From the NCBI GenBank assembly GCA_031361295.1, contig JANMCN010000240.1, positions 4,505 to 68,504 on the forward strand: DNA of 64,000 bases. Reading direction: 5' to 3'. The number at the start of each line of letters is the position of its first letter. Positions within the stretch are counted from its first letter, which is position 1. Positions 34,903-43,605 of the stretch are shown one piece after another. Origin of the DNA: Acidobacteriota bacterium (GTDB taxonomy: Bacteria; Acidobacteriota; Vicinamibacteria; Vicinamibacterales; 2-12-FULL-66-21). Position numbers and translations under genes: made by a program. Under the pieces are notes generated by a model. It did not search any database. It was given only the letters and a program-made list of their open reading frames with translations, and was not told the origin of the DNA.

Positions 34903-35560
34903 AGACCGGGCGCACTCACACTTCCGTGGACGAGGAGCGGGTCGCGTAGGTCCGGCTCTCGGCGAAGTGCTCACGAGCCCGGGTGAGGATGTAACACCTG
35001 GAGGGGACTTCGGACGGGATGGTCGCCCGCTCGAAGGATCTCGCACTCCCAGGCACTCTAACGGGACGACCACCAGTGGTTCGGGGCTGTTGCGCCGGGA
35101 CGAGGCCGGGCGCCCGGGTGATCGTGCGTGTGCGCCAGGCGCACGCGAGGCGTAAGATCGAACTCACGCAGATGGGTTACGCGGTCACCGGGTTCTTCGC
35201 GGTGCAACGGGACTCCGCGCTGCGCGTGGTCAACGTGGACTGCGTGATTTTGCGGGAGGAGGAGGTCGAGCGGCTGCGGGCGCCCGGACGTCACGCGCCA
35301 GGGCAGGCGGACCGTCCGTAGCGGTCAGCCGGGATCCGCCCGACGTGACCGTGCCTGACGTGGGTTCCCGTACTCGAGCGTCTGTTAATCTCCCATACAC
35401 CTTCCAGAGGCTATGATTGTGCGTTCGGCGGAGCTGAAAGCTCCGCCCAACATACTGACGCTGGCGAGATCCGGCCGAGATAACGCTCGGACCTGCACGG
35501 CGTCGGGCTTTGTCACGTATCACTGTGGGTCTCGTGACTTCTGAATGAGATGAGGACCGT

Positions 35561-36619
35561 ATGACCAGACACCCGCTCATCGTCGTGGCTCTTTCCTTCG
35601 CGGCGAGCATCGCCGCGCCGGTCGTCGGTCATGCGCAAACGTTCAAGGTCGAGAAGTTCGACATCAAAGGCGATGGGGGCACGGACTACGTCGCCGTCGA
35701 ACCCGCCACGGGCCGGGTGTTCGTCTCACGCAGCACCCACATGATGGTCGTCGACGGGGCCACGGGCAAGGTGCTCGGCGATATCCTCAACACACCCGGC
35801 GTGCATGGTGCCGCGTTCGCGACGAAGGCCGGTCACGGCTTCACCACGAACGGCGGCGATCAGACGGTCACCATGTTCGATCTGAAGACCCTGGCCGTGC
35901 TGAGGCAGATCAAGGTGGGGCCGGGCCTCGACGGCATCATGTTCGACGAGGCGGACAACAAGATCATCCTGACGAACCACAGCCGTCCCGTGGGGACGCT
36001 CACCGCCATCGATCCGGCGACCGGCGACATCGTCGCCACGGTGGAGCTCGAAGACACCGCGCCGGAAGGCGCGGCCGCCGATGGCAAAGGGCGCATCTTC
36101 GTGAACAACGAGGGCAAGAACACGATCCAGGTGATCGACGTGAAGACCTGGAAGGCGACGGCGTCCTGGCCGGTGGCCCCGTGCGACGGGCCGACCGGCA
36201 TCGCCTACGACGCGGTCACGAACCGCATCTTCTCAGGATGCTCCAAGACGTCGGTTGTGGTCGATGCGAGCACCGGCAAGGTCGTGGCGTCGATCGCGAA
36301 CGGCACGCGCGTCGACGCCCTGGGGTGGGATCCTTCGAGGAAGCTGATTTACATTCCGAACGGCGGCGAAGGGACGGTCACGGTCGTCCACCAGGATTCG
36401 GCCGACAAGTATACGGTCGTCGCGACCGTGGCGACGTTCGCTGGCGCGAAGACCATCGCCGTGGATCCGTCGACACACAACGTCTATCTGTTCCAGCCGG
36501 AGCGCGGGCCCGTTCCGGCCCCCGCGGCGGACGCACCGCCGCCGGCACAGCCCGCCGGGCGTGGACGTGGTCCTCAGGGGCCGATCGTCGCGTCCTGGTT
36601 CATCGTCATCAAGTCGTGA
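35561..36619 (+). CDS. Secreted YncE/YVTN-type beta-propeller repeat protein
   Basis: Signal peptide, then repeated units (RVFVS..., GAAFATKAGHGFTTNGGDQTVTMFDLKT, RIFVNNEGKNTIQVIDVKT, LIYIPNGGEGTVTVV, NVYLF). Confidence 0.7.
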   Translation: MTRHPLIVVALSFAASIAAPVVGHAQTFKVEKFDIKGDGGTDYVAVEPATGRVFVSRSTHMMVVDGATGKVLGDILNTPGVHGAAFATKAGHGFTTNGGDQTVTMFDLKTLAVLRQIKVGPGLDGIMFDEADNKIILTNHSRPVGTLTAIDPATGDIVATVELEDTAPEGAAADGKGRIFVNNEGKNTIQVIDVKTWKATASWPVAPCDGPTGIAYDAVTNRIFSGCSKTSVVVDASTGKVVASIANGTRVDALGWDPSRKLIYIPNGGEGTVTVVHQDSADKYTVVATVATFAGAKTIAVDPSTHNVYLFQPERGPVPAPAADAPPPAQPAGRGRGPQGPIVASWFIVIKS

Positions 36620-36622
36620 TCG

Positions 36623-37102
36623 CTACGGCTTCTTGACCACCTCGCTGCCACTGACCGGGATGCCGCAGACCGTTCCGGCATAGGACACTTTGATTCCGCC
36701 GCCGGTCTCTTCTGTCGCCTTCCCGTTCGGAAACGAGAACGGGCAGTTCGTCCCGCCCTGGCCCACGAGCCCCTGCGCGCTCCACTCCAGGGTCGCACCG
36801 GTAACCTTGCCGGTCCCGGCACCGGCCACCTGAATCGTGCTGGCGCAGGTGGCCGAGAACGTCACGTTCGCGGTCGTGGCGCTGGTCGGCGTCACCGTGT
36901 AATGGACGTTCCCGCACCCGGTCGCCGGGATCGTCGCGCTCGTCGAGGCCCAGGTGCCCGCGAACGCGTCGAGCGATGCCGCGGACGCGCTCGGGGATGC
37001 CGGGTTCTTGCTGGTCAGCTTGTCTATGGCGTCGCAGCCCGCCGCCATCAGCAAGGCCGACGCGGTCACGGCAACCGAAAGGTTCTTCCACATATCCCCC
37101 AT
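36623..37102 (-). CDS. Hypothetical lipoprotein
   Basis: MGDMWKNLSVAVTASALLMAAGC gives a signal peptide plus a lipobox-like LMAAGC. No recognisable domain. The start was chosen at the ATG at 37102. Confidence 0.5.
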   Translation of the reverse strand: MGDMWKNLSVAVTASALLMAAGCDAIDKLTSKNPASPSASAASLDAFAGTWASTSATIPATGCGNVHYTVTPTSATTANVTFSATCASTIQVAGAGTGKVTGATLEWSAQGLVGQGGTNCPFSFPNGKATEETGGGIKVSYAGTVCGIPVSGSEVVKKP

Positions 37103-37223
37103 ATCGGCTCGACTCCCGGGGCGCTGCAGCCGGCGGGATGTGGACGACAGGTCGATGTGATACACAATCCCTTGCAGGTCGCCCCGTATCTTGGCGCCTT
37201 GCCACCTTTCGAAGGAGTTTCCC

Positions 37224-38177
37224 GTGCAGCTCGAAGGCGTCTACTCCGTGCTCCCCACGCCGTTCCACCCCAACGGGGACGTTGACGAGTCGAGCCTGAG
37301 GCGCGTCGTCGACGTGTTCATCGCGGCTGGCGTGAACGGGGTGACGGCGCTCGGCGTCACGGGCGAAGCCGCGCGCCTGGACGACGACGAACGGCGCAGG
37401 GTGCTGGACGTTGTCGTCGCGCAGGTCAACGGACGGATTGGGGTGGTCGCGGGGACAACCGCAGAAGGCACGCGCACCTGCATCGGCTACAGCCGACAGG
37501 CGCATGCGTCCGGCGCCACGGCCGTGATGGTGAGCCCCCCCCGCTTGCCGAAGCTCAATTCGGATGCTGTCCTTCGCCACTACACGGCGCTGGCGAGTGC
37601 CGTGGAGATCGACATCGTCATCCAGGACTATCCGCCCGCCTGCGGTTTTGCCATGGAGCCGGCGCTGCTGGCGCGCATCGCCCGTGAGATCCCGCGCGCC
37701 CGCACCATCAAGCTGGAGGATCCCCCCACTCCGTTCAAGACCTCACGCATCATCGAGTCGTGCGGTGAGACTCCGGTCAGGATTTTTGGCGGGCTCGGCG
37801 GCGTCTTCCTGCTGGAGGAGCTCCTTGCCGGCGCCACGGGCGCCATGACCGGCTTTGCCTTTCCCGAGATCCTGGTCGCGGTGGTCTCGCATTTTCGTGC
37901 GGGACGCATCGCCCAGGCCGCGGAGATCTTCTACCGGGCCGTCCCGTTGATGCGCTTCGAGTTCCAAGAAGGCATCGGCACCGCGATACGGAAGGAGATC
38001 CTCCGGCGCCGCGGGGCGCTCGCACACGCCGCCATGCGGGCTCCCGCCGGCGCGCTGGATCAGACGACCCGCGAGGCGCTCGACAGGGTCATGGAGTGGA
38101 GCGAGTCGCTGCTCGGCGCACACGCGCGCGACGTGGACGCGCCCAAACGTCCTGCGGCAGCCGGCAGTGCCGGCTGA
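37224..38177 (+). CDS. DapA/NAL-family class I aldolase-like protein (dihydrodipicolinate synthase family paralogue)
   Basis: GVYSVLPTPFHPNGDVDESSLRRVVDVFIAAGVNGVTALGVTGEAARLDDDER. The GTG at 37224 is preceded by GGAG. It is distinct from the bona fide dapA at 55656. Confidence 0.75.
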   Translation: MQLEGVYSVLPTPFHPNGDVDESSLRRVVDVFIAAGVNGVTALGVTGEAARLDDDERRRVLDVVVAQVNGRIGVVAGTTAEGTRTCIGYSRQAHASGATAVMVSPPRLPKLNSDAVLRHYTALASAVEIDIVIQDYPPACGFAMEPALLARIAREIPRARTIKLEDPPTPFKTSRIIESCGETPVRIFGGLGGVFLLEELLAGATGAMTGFAFPEILVAVVSHFRAGRIAQAAEIFYRAVPLMRFEFQEGIGTAIRKEILRRRGALAHAAMRAPAGALDQTTREALDRVMEWSESLLGAHARDVDAPKRPAAAGSAG

Positions 38178-38269
38178 CGACCGAACGCGGGCGGGAAGGA
38201 CGCATGGCCTGGTGCGGCGGCTGTCGTTGAAAACTGATCGCCGGCCGATGATCAGTGGAGAGCTGAGAC

Positions 38270-39061
38270 ATGGATCTTCATCTTCAGGGCAAAGTGGCGC
38301 TCGTGGCCGGTGCGAGCAAGGGACTGGGCTATGCCGTCGCGCGGGCGCTCGCGGCGGAAGGCGCCCACGTGTCGATGTCCTCCCGCAACGAGGCCGCCAT
38401 CAGGGACGCCGGCGTGCGAATTGAGCGCGAGACGGGCGCGAAGGTGCTCGCGCTGCCGCTCGACGTCCGGTCGCCGGCGGGCATTCAGCAATGGGTGAAG
38501 ACCACGGAGGACACGTTCGGCGGGATCGATGCCCTGATGACGAACTCCGGGGGGCCTCCCGCCGGTCTCGTGCTGTCGTTCGACGATGCGGCGTGGCAGG
38601 ATGCGGCGGAACTCCTGCTGTTCAGCGCCCTGCGAATGGTGCGTGCTGCAGTGCCGTCGATGACCCGGCGCGGCGGCGGGGCGATCCTCATGTCCACGTC
38701 GTCGTCCGTCAAGGAGCCGATTCCGAACCTGGGGCTGTCGACCGTCCTGCGCGCATCCGTCGCGGCGCTCGCCAAGACGCTGGCGCTGGAGCTGGCCGGC
38801 TCGGGCATTCGCGTGAATCAGATCATTCCCGGCCGGATCGACACCGATCGCGTGCGGCACCTGGACGAGCTCAATGCGGCGAAGCAGGGGGTGTCCGTCG
38901 ACGAATCGAAGAAGCGATCGATGGCCGCGATTCCGATGGGACGGTACGGCACCGGCGACGAGTTCGGCCGCGTCGGCGCCTTCCTGCTGTCCGAAGCCGC
39001 GGCGTATATGACGGGGGCTACCGTGCAGGTGGACGGCGGGGCGATTCATAGTGTGATGTAG
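38270..39061 (+). CDS. SDR-fold oxidoreductase (FabG-like)
   Basis: KVALVAGASKGLGYAVARAL Rossmann motif, NSGG, and IRVNQIIPGRIDTD. The usual YxxxK is not obvious (region reads LSTVLRASVAALAKT), so its catalytic status is uncertain. Confidence 0.75.
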   Translation: MDLHLQGKVALVAGASKGLGYAVARALAAEGAHVSMSSRNEAAIRDAGVRIERETGAKVLALPLDVRSPAGIQQWVKTTEDTFGGIDALMTNSGGPPAGLVLSFDDAAWQDAAELLLFSALRMVRAAVPSMTRRGGGAILMSTSSSVKEPIPNLGLSTVLRASVAALAKTLALELAGSGIRVNQIIPGRIDTDRVRHLDELNAAKQGVSVDESKKRSMAAIPMGRYGTGDEFGRVGAFLLSEAAAYMTGATVQVDGGAIHSVM

Positions 39062-39075
39062 CTGGCGCGCTCCCG

Positions 39076-39125
39076 GCTGGAAGCTGGAAGCCGGAAGCTG
39101 GTAGCTGGAAGCTGGAACCTGAACC
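39076..39125 (+). repeat. Tandem heptamer repeat (GCTGGAA)n, about 7 units, abutting the start codon at 39126
   Basis: Direct reading gives gctggaa gctggaa gccggaa gctggta gctggaa gctggaa cctgaac c. Confidence 0.85.
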
Positions 39126-40055
39126 ATGTCCCTCCTCCGCAGAGCGCTCCTTGCCGGCTCGACCAACGCGTGGCTGCGCGAACGCGCAATGCGGACGGCG
39201 TTCGTGCGCACGTCGGTCTCGCGTTTCATGCCCGGGGAGCAGATCGGGGACGCGATACGGGCCGCGACGGAGTTGAAACCGCAGGGGATTACGACGATCC
39301 TGACGCGCCTTGGAGAGAACCTCGAAAGCGCGGCCGAGTCCGAGGACGTCACGGCCCATTACCTCGACGTCCTGGACCGGATCGCGTCGGCAGGGCTCGA
39401 CGCCCACATTTCCGTGAAGCCCACGCAACTGGGGCTCGATCTCGATCCGGCACTGTGCGAACGAAATCTGGCTCGACTCGTGGCTCGCGCCGAGGAGCGG
39501 GGGAATTTCGTCTGGATCGACATGGAGAGCTCCGGCTACGTCGACCGCACGCTCACACTGTTCCGGCAGATGCGCGCCCGGAGCCCGAGGGTGGGCATTG
39601 CCCTGCAGGCGTATTTGCACCGGACTGCGAAGGATGTCGAGTCGCTCGTCCCGCTCGGCGCGGCCATTCGCATCGTGAAAGGCGCCTATCTCGAACCGCC
39701 GGAGGTCGCCTTCCCGGACAAGGCGGACGTGGACCGCAATTTCGTCGCGTTGTGCACACGGCTGCTCGCCGCCGACGCGCGCAGGCCTGGCGCCCTCCTG
39801 CACATCGCCACCCACGACGCGGCGATTGCCGGCAGGCTGGCCGCGTATATTGCGCAAGAGGCGGTGCCGCCATCCGCTTACGAGTTCGCCATGTTGTACG
39901 GCATCCAGCGTGGCCAGCAGGCGCGGCTTGCTGCGGCGGGCACGCGGCTGCGCGTCCTGATCAGTTACGGTGAGTACTGGTTCCCGTGGTACATGCGCCG
40001 GCTCGCGGAGCGTCCCGCGAACGTCTGGTTCGTCGTACGGACCCTGTTCGGATAG
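39126..40055 (+). CDS. Proline dehydrogenase (monofunctional PutA-like PRODH)
   Basis: C-terminal signature VLISYGEYWFPWYMRRLAERPANVWF and the TIM-barrel region LQAYLHRT...IRIVKGAY. Confidence 0.8.
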   Translation: MSLLRRALLAGSTNAWLRERAMRTAFVRTSVSRFMPGEQIGDAIRAATELKPQGITTILTRLGENLESAAESEDVTAHYLDVLDRIASAGLDAHISVKPTQLGLDLDPALCERNLARLVARAEERGNFVWIDMESSGYVDRTLTLFRQMRARSPRVGIALQAYLHRTAKDVESLVPLGAAIRIVKGAYLEPPEVAFPDKADVDRNFVALCTRLLAADARRPGALLHIATHDAAIAGRLAAYIAQEAVPPSAYEFAMLYGIQRGQQARLAAAGTRLRVLISYGEYWFPWYMRRLAERPANVWFVVRTLFG

Positions 40056-40082
40056 AGTGCCCAGTCGACAGGAGAGCGAGTC

Positions 40083-42251
40083 ATGAATACGAAACGAACG
40101 TTCGGCTCGGGGCTGGTTGCCGCCGTGTTCGCCGCCATCCTCGGTGGCGCGATCGCGCGCACGAGTGCGGATCAGGCGACCCCTCCCGCGGTGCAGGTGG
40201 ACCAGGACGATCTGGGTGGAGTCGTGACCGGCCCCACGGGGCCGGAAGCCGGGGTCTGGGTCATCGCGGAAACGACCGAACTGCCGACGAAGTTCGTGAA
40301 AATCGTCGTGACCGACGACCGGGGGCGCTACCTCGTTCCAGACTTGCCGAAGGCCACCTACTCGGTGTGGGTCCGGGGCTACGGGCTCGTGGATTCGGCC
40401 AAGGTGACGACCGCGCCAGGGAAGATCCTCAATCTGACCGCGGTCACCGCGCCGAATCCAAGGGCCGCCGCGCAGTACTACCCGGCCGGGTACTGGTTTT
40501 CGCTGCTCTCGGTGCCCGACAAGAGCGAATTTCCCGGTACGGGGCCGACCGGCAACGGTATCTCTCCCGACATGAAGACCCAGGGAGAGTGGATCCGCCA
40601 GGTGAAGTCGGGCGCCTGCCTGTCGTGCCACCAGCTCGGAAGCAAGGGGACGCGCGAGCTGCTGCCCGCGCTTGGCCACTTCGAGTCCACGGTTGATGCC
40701 TGGCAGCGCCGCGTCCAGTCGGGACAGGCCGGGCCCGACATGCTGCGGGCGCTCAATCAGTTCGGCCCGAAGCGCGCGCTGGCCCTGTTCGCGGACTGGA
40801 CGGATCGGATTGCCGCCGGGGAAGTGCCGCCCGCCCCTCCCCGGCCCCAGGGCCTCGAACGCAACGTCGTCATCACCGAGTGGGACTGGGCGCACGCGAA
40901 GGGCTATCTCCACGACGAGGTGTCGACCGATCGACGCAACCCGACGCTCAATCCGAATGGACTGATTTACGGGTCGCTCGAGCTCAGCGCCGATTACCTC
41001 CCGGTGCTCGATCCGGTGAACAACAGGATCACGCAGGTGGAGCTGACCGTAAGGGATCCCAGGACACAGCCGGCGGCGGCCGCGATGATGCTCCAGCCGT
41101 CCCCGTATTGGGATCGCGATGTGCTGTGGAACAGCAAGAACAACGTGCACAACCCGATGTTCGACGGCAAGGGGCGGCTCTGGATCACGTCGACCGTGCG
41201 TCCGCCCGAGAACCCCGACTATTGCAAGCAGGGCTCGAACCATCCGTCGGCGAAGCTGTTTCCCATCGAGCGTGCGAGCCGACATCTTGCCATGTACGAT
41301 CCAAGAACAGGCAAGCTGACCCATATCAGCACGTGTTTCGGCACCCATCACCTGATGTTCGCGGAGGACGCAAAAAACACGCTCTGGACGAGCGGCGGCG
41401 GCCAGGTGGTCGGATGGTTGAACACGAAGATGTTCGAAGAAACCGGCGACGAAGAGAAGTCGCAGGGTTGGACGGCGCTCATTCTGGATACGAACGGGAA
41501 CGGCAGGCGTGACGCCTATGTCGAACCGAACGAGCCCGTCGATCCCACGAAGGACAAGCGGTTCGGCGCGGCGTTCTATTCGGTCGCCCCGGCTCCCGAC
41601 GGATCGATCTGGGGGTCGGTTCTTGGATATCCCGGCGCCGCCGTACGGCTCGTGCCCGGCGCGAACCCGCCCGAAACCGCCCTCGCGGAAGTGTACGAGC
41701 CGCCGTTCAACGATCCGGTCAACCCTGGATTCTCACCGCGCGGCATGGACATCGACCGCGACGGTGTCGTCTGGGCGGCGCTCGCGAGCGGACACATGGC
41801 GAGCTTCGATCGCCGGAAGTGCAAGGGACCGCTCAATGGCCCCAAAGCCACAGGTCAGCACTGCCCGGAGGGCTGGACGCTCTACCCCGAGCCGCTGCCG
41901 CAGATGAAGGGTGTGACGACGTCCGGCAGCGCCGAGGGGAGTTACTACACCTGGGTCGATCAGTTCGACACGCTGGGGCTCGGCAGGAACACGCCGATCA
42001 ACACGGGGAACGAGTCCGAAGGGCTTCTGGTCCTGAAAGACGGGAAGTGGGTCGTGCTGCGCGTGCCGTATCCGACCGGTTACTACACGAAATGGATGGA
42101 CGGTCGTATCGACAACGCGGAGGGGGGATGGAAGGGGCGAGGGCTCTGGAGCACCGTGAGCACCCGCGCGCCGTTTCATATGGAGACGGGGAAAGGCACG
42201 ACGAGCAAGGTGATCAAGTTCCAGCTGCGCCCGGACCCGCTCGCGAGATGA
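40083..42251 (+). CDS. Secreted protein with CarboxypepD_reg-like N-domain and a single CxxCH haem-c motif
   Basis: Signal peptide, VVTGPTGPEAGVWVIAETTELPTKFVKIVVTDDRGRYLVPDLPKATYSVWVRGYG, then SGACLSCHQLG. The remainder has no family I can name. Confidence 0.55.
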   Translation: MNTKRTFGSGLVAAVFAAILGGAIARTSADQATPPAVQVDQDDLGGVVTGPTGPEAGVWVIAETTELPTKFVKIVVTDDRGRYLVPDLPKATYSVWVRGYGLVDSAKVTTAPGKILNLTAVTAPNPRAAAQYYPAGYWFSLLSVPDKSEFPGTGPTGNGISPDMKTQGEWIRQVKSGACLSCHQLGSKGTRELLPALGHFESTVDAWQRRVQSGQAGPDMLRALNQFGPKRALALFADWTDRIAAGEVPPAPPRPQGLERNVVITEWDWAHAKGYLHDEVSTDRRNPTLNPNGLIYGSLELSADYLPVLDPVNNRITQVELTVRDPRTQPAAAAMMLQPSPYWDRDVLWNSKNNVHNPMFDGKGRLWITSTVRPPENPDYCKQGSNHPSAKLFPIERASRHLAMYDPRTGKLTHISTCFGTHHLMFAEDAKNTLWTSGGGQVVGWLNTKMFEETGDEEKSQGWTALILDTNGNGRRDAYVEPNEPVDPTKDKRFGAAFYSVAPAPDGSIWGSVLGYPGAAVRLVPGANPPETALAEVYEPPFNDPVNPGFSPRGMDIDRDGVVWAALASGHMASFDRRKCKGPLNGPKATGQHCPEGWTLYPEPLPQMKGVTTSGSAEGSYYTWVDQFDTLGLGRNTPINTGNESEGLLVLKDGKWVVLRVPYPTGYYTKWMDGRIDNAEGGWKGRGLWSTVSTRAPFHMETGKGTTSKVIKFQLRPDPLAR

Positions 42252-42826
42252 TGCAGCGGTATGTCGCGTTCCTCCGCGCGATCAACGTGGGCGGGCACAC
42301 GGTGCGCATGGAGGATCTGCGGCGGCTGTTCGAGACGATGGGCGCGGCGAACGTGCAGACATTCATCGCGAGCGGCAACGTCATTTTCGACTCGGGCGTC
42401 CGGGCCGACGCGCTGGAACAGCGGCTCGAAACAGGGCTCGAGCACGCGTTGAGATTTCCGGTGGCGACGTTCCTGCGCACGATACCCGAGGTGGCGGGCA
42501 TCGCGCGACGGACGGCGTTTCCGGACGCGGACGTCACGGGCCCGAGCGTGTTGCATGTCGGCTTTCTCAAGTCCACCCCGGGCCGGACGCTCCGCGCCGC
42601 GGTTGCGGCAGCCAGCACGCCCGCGCATCGATTCTCCGTCTGCGATCGTGAGATCTACTGGCTCCGGATCCGGCTCGCCGACGAATACGTCGCGCCGAAA
42701 CTCGACAAGACGCTCGGCCCGACGACGTTTCGCAATATCACGACGGTGCGGAAGATCGCCGCGAAATTCGGGGATGCCCGGCCGGGCGGGAAAGAACGTT
42801 CGTCAGCAAACAGGAGTATGGATTGA
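42248..42826 (+). CDS. DUF1697 domain protein
   Basis: MMQRYVAFLRAINVGGHTVRMEDLRRLFETMGAANVQTFIASGNVIF is the characteristic DUF1697 N-terminus. Confidence 0.75.
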   Translation: MMQRYVAFLRAINVGGHTVRMEDLRRLFETMGAANVQTFIASGNVIFDSGVRADALEQRLETGLEHALRFPVATFLRTIPEVAGIARRTAFPDADVTGPSVLHVGFLKSTPGRTLRAAVAAASTPAHRFSVCDREIYWLRIRLADEYVAPKLDKTLGPTTFRNITTVRKIAAKFGDARPGGKERSSANRSMD

Positions 42827-43545
42827 TCCATTGCCCGCGGCACCACGAGTGCCGAGCGTCGCACGCTGGCGTACACCGGCCGCGGGGCATCCGCAGCCCG
42901 CTACTCCTGGCGATCGCGGTTCTCGCCGTCTCGGCCGCCGTGTGGCTCGACGCGGCGCCGCAGCCATCCACGACGCTTCATCCGGATCTCGGCAGCCCGC
43001 AGCGCATTGCCGACTGGGCGCTCGACGGATCCGGAACGTGGGACGTCGCAGACGGCACACTGCGCCTCACGGGAGCCGGCACACCCGCGGGCCCGATTCG
43101 CCGTCCCGCCGCCCTCGCGATTCTGGAGTCGGCGCCTTTCACCAGACTCACGCTGGAAGCCGACATCAAGTCGACCGCGCCGGTCGATCTGCCGGTTCGC
43201 GACGTCGAACTCGTGTTTGGCTACGAGTCGCCGACCCGGTTCTACTACGTGCACCTGGCCGGCATCACGAACGCCGTCCACAACGGCATCTTCCTTGTGG
43301 CCGGCGCCGACCGCCGGCGGCTGGACGAGCCGAACAGCGTGCCCCAGATGACGGATCAGGCCTGGCATCGGGTACGGCTCGAGCGCGACCCCGCGACGGG
43401 GCGTATCGAGATTTTCATGGACGGCGCCGCGGCGCCAGTTCTGAAGGCGACCGACACGACCATCACGGCGGGTCGCATCGGCTTCGGTTCCTTCGACGAG
43501 ACCGGAGAGTTCCGCAACATCTCTGTGACAGGCTCGACGCGCTGA
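42823..43545 (+). CDS. Secreted DUF1080-like (LamG/concanavalin-like jelly-roll) protein
   Basis: TM/signal segment, then WALDGSGTWDVADGTLRLTG..., ELVFGYESPTRFYYVHLAG, WHRVRLERDPATGRIEIFMDG and GRIGFGSFDETGEFRNISV. Confidence 0.6.
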   Translation: MIHCPRHHECRASHAGVHRPRGIRSPLLLAIAVLAVSAAVWLDAAPQPSTTLHPDLGSPQRIADWALDGSGTWDVADGTLRLTGAGTPAGPIRRPAALAILESAPFTRLTLEADIKSTAPVDLPVRDVELVFGYESPTRFYYVHLAGITNAVHNGIFLVAGADRRRLDEPNSVPQMTDQAWHRVRLERDPATGRIEIFMDGAAAPVLKATDTTITAGRIGFGSFDETGEFRNISVTGSTR

Positions 43546-43560
43546 CGGGATCAGGTATTC

Positions 43561-43593
43561 GCTGTCAGCCTTCAGTTGTCAGCCTTCTCCCTG
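43561..43593. repeat. Short direct repeat tcagccttc(ag) x2 (reverse complement GAAGGCTGA), related to the 50898 repeat
   Basis: gctgTCAGCCTTCAGttgTCAGCCTTCtccctg, in the convergent gap between the genes ending at 43545 (+) and 43606 (-). Confidence 0.7.
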
Positions 43594-43605
43594 CCGCCTC
43601 TCCCG

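Noticed and set aside
35019-35321. 100-aa ORF in the 34903-35560 gap as a real gene
   Set aside because: It has no recognisable motif or RBS, it overlaps equally long ORFs on the other strand, and the N-terminal half is Arg/Pro/Gly-rich. It is left unannotated and the gap is flagged instead.
39076-39125. CRISPR array or minisatellite-encoded peptide repeat
   Set aside because: The units are 7 nt with no spacers, so this is not CRISPR. The only ORF reading through it is the rejected antisense shadow ORF.
39018-41351. 777-aa ORF on the minus strand
   Set aside because: It is antisense to the proline dehydrogenase and CxxCH protein genes, both of which have clear family motifs. The translation is Arg/Gly/Pro-dominated and even reads through the heptamer repeat as QLPASGFQLPAGS.
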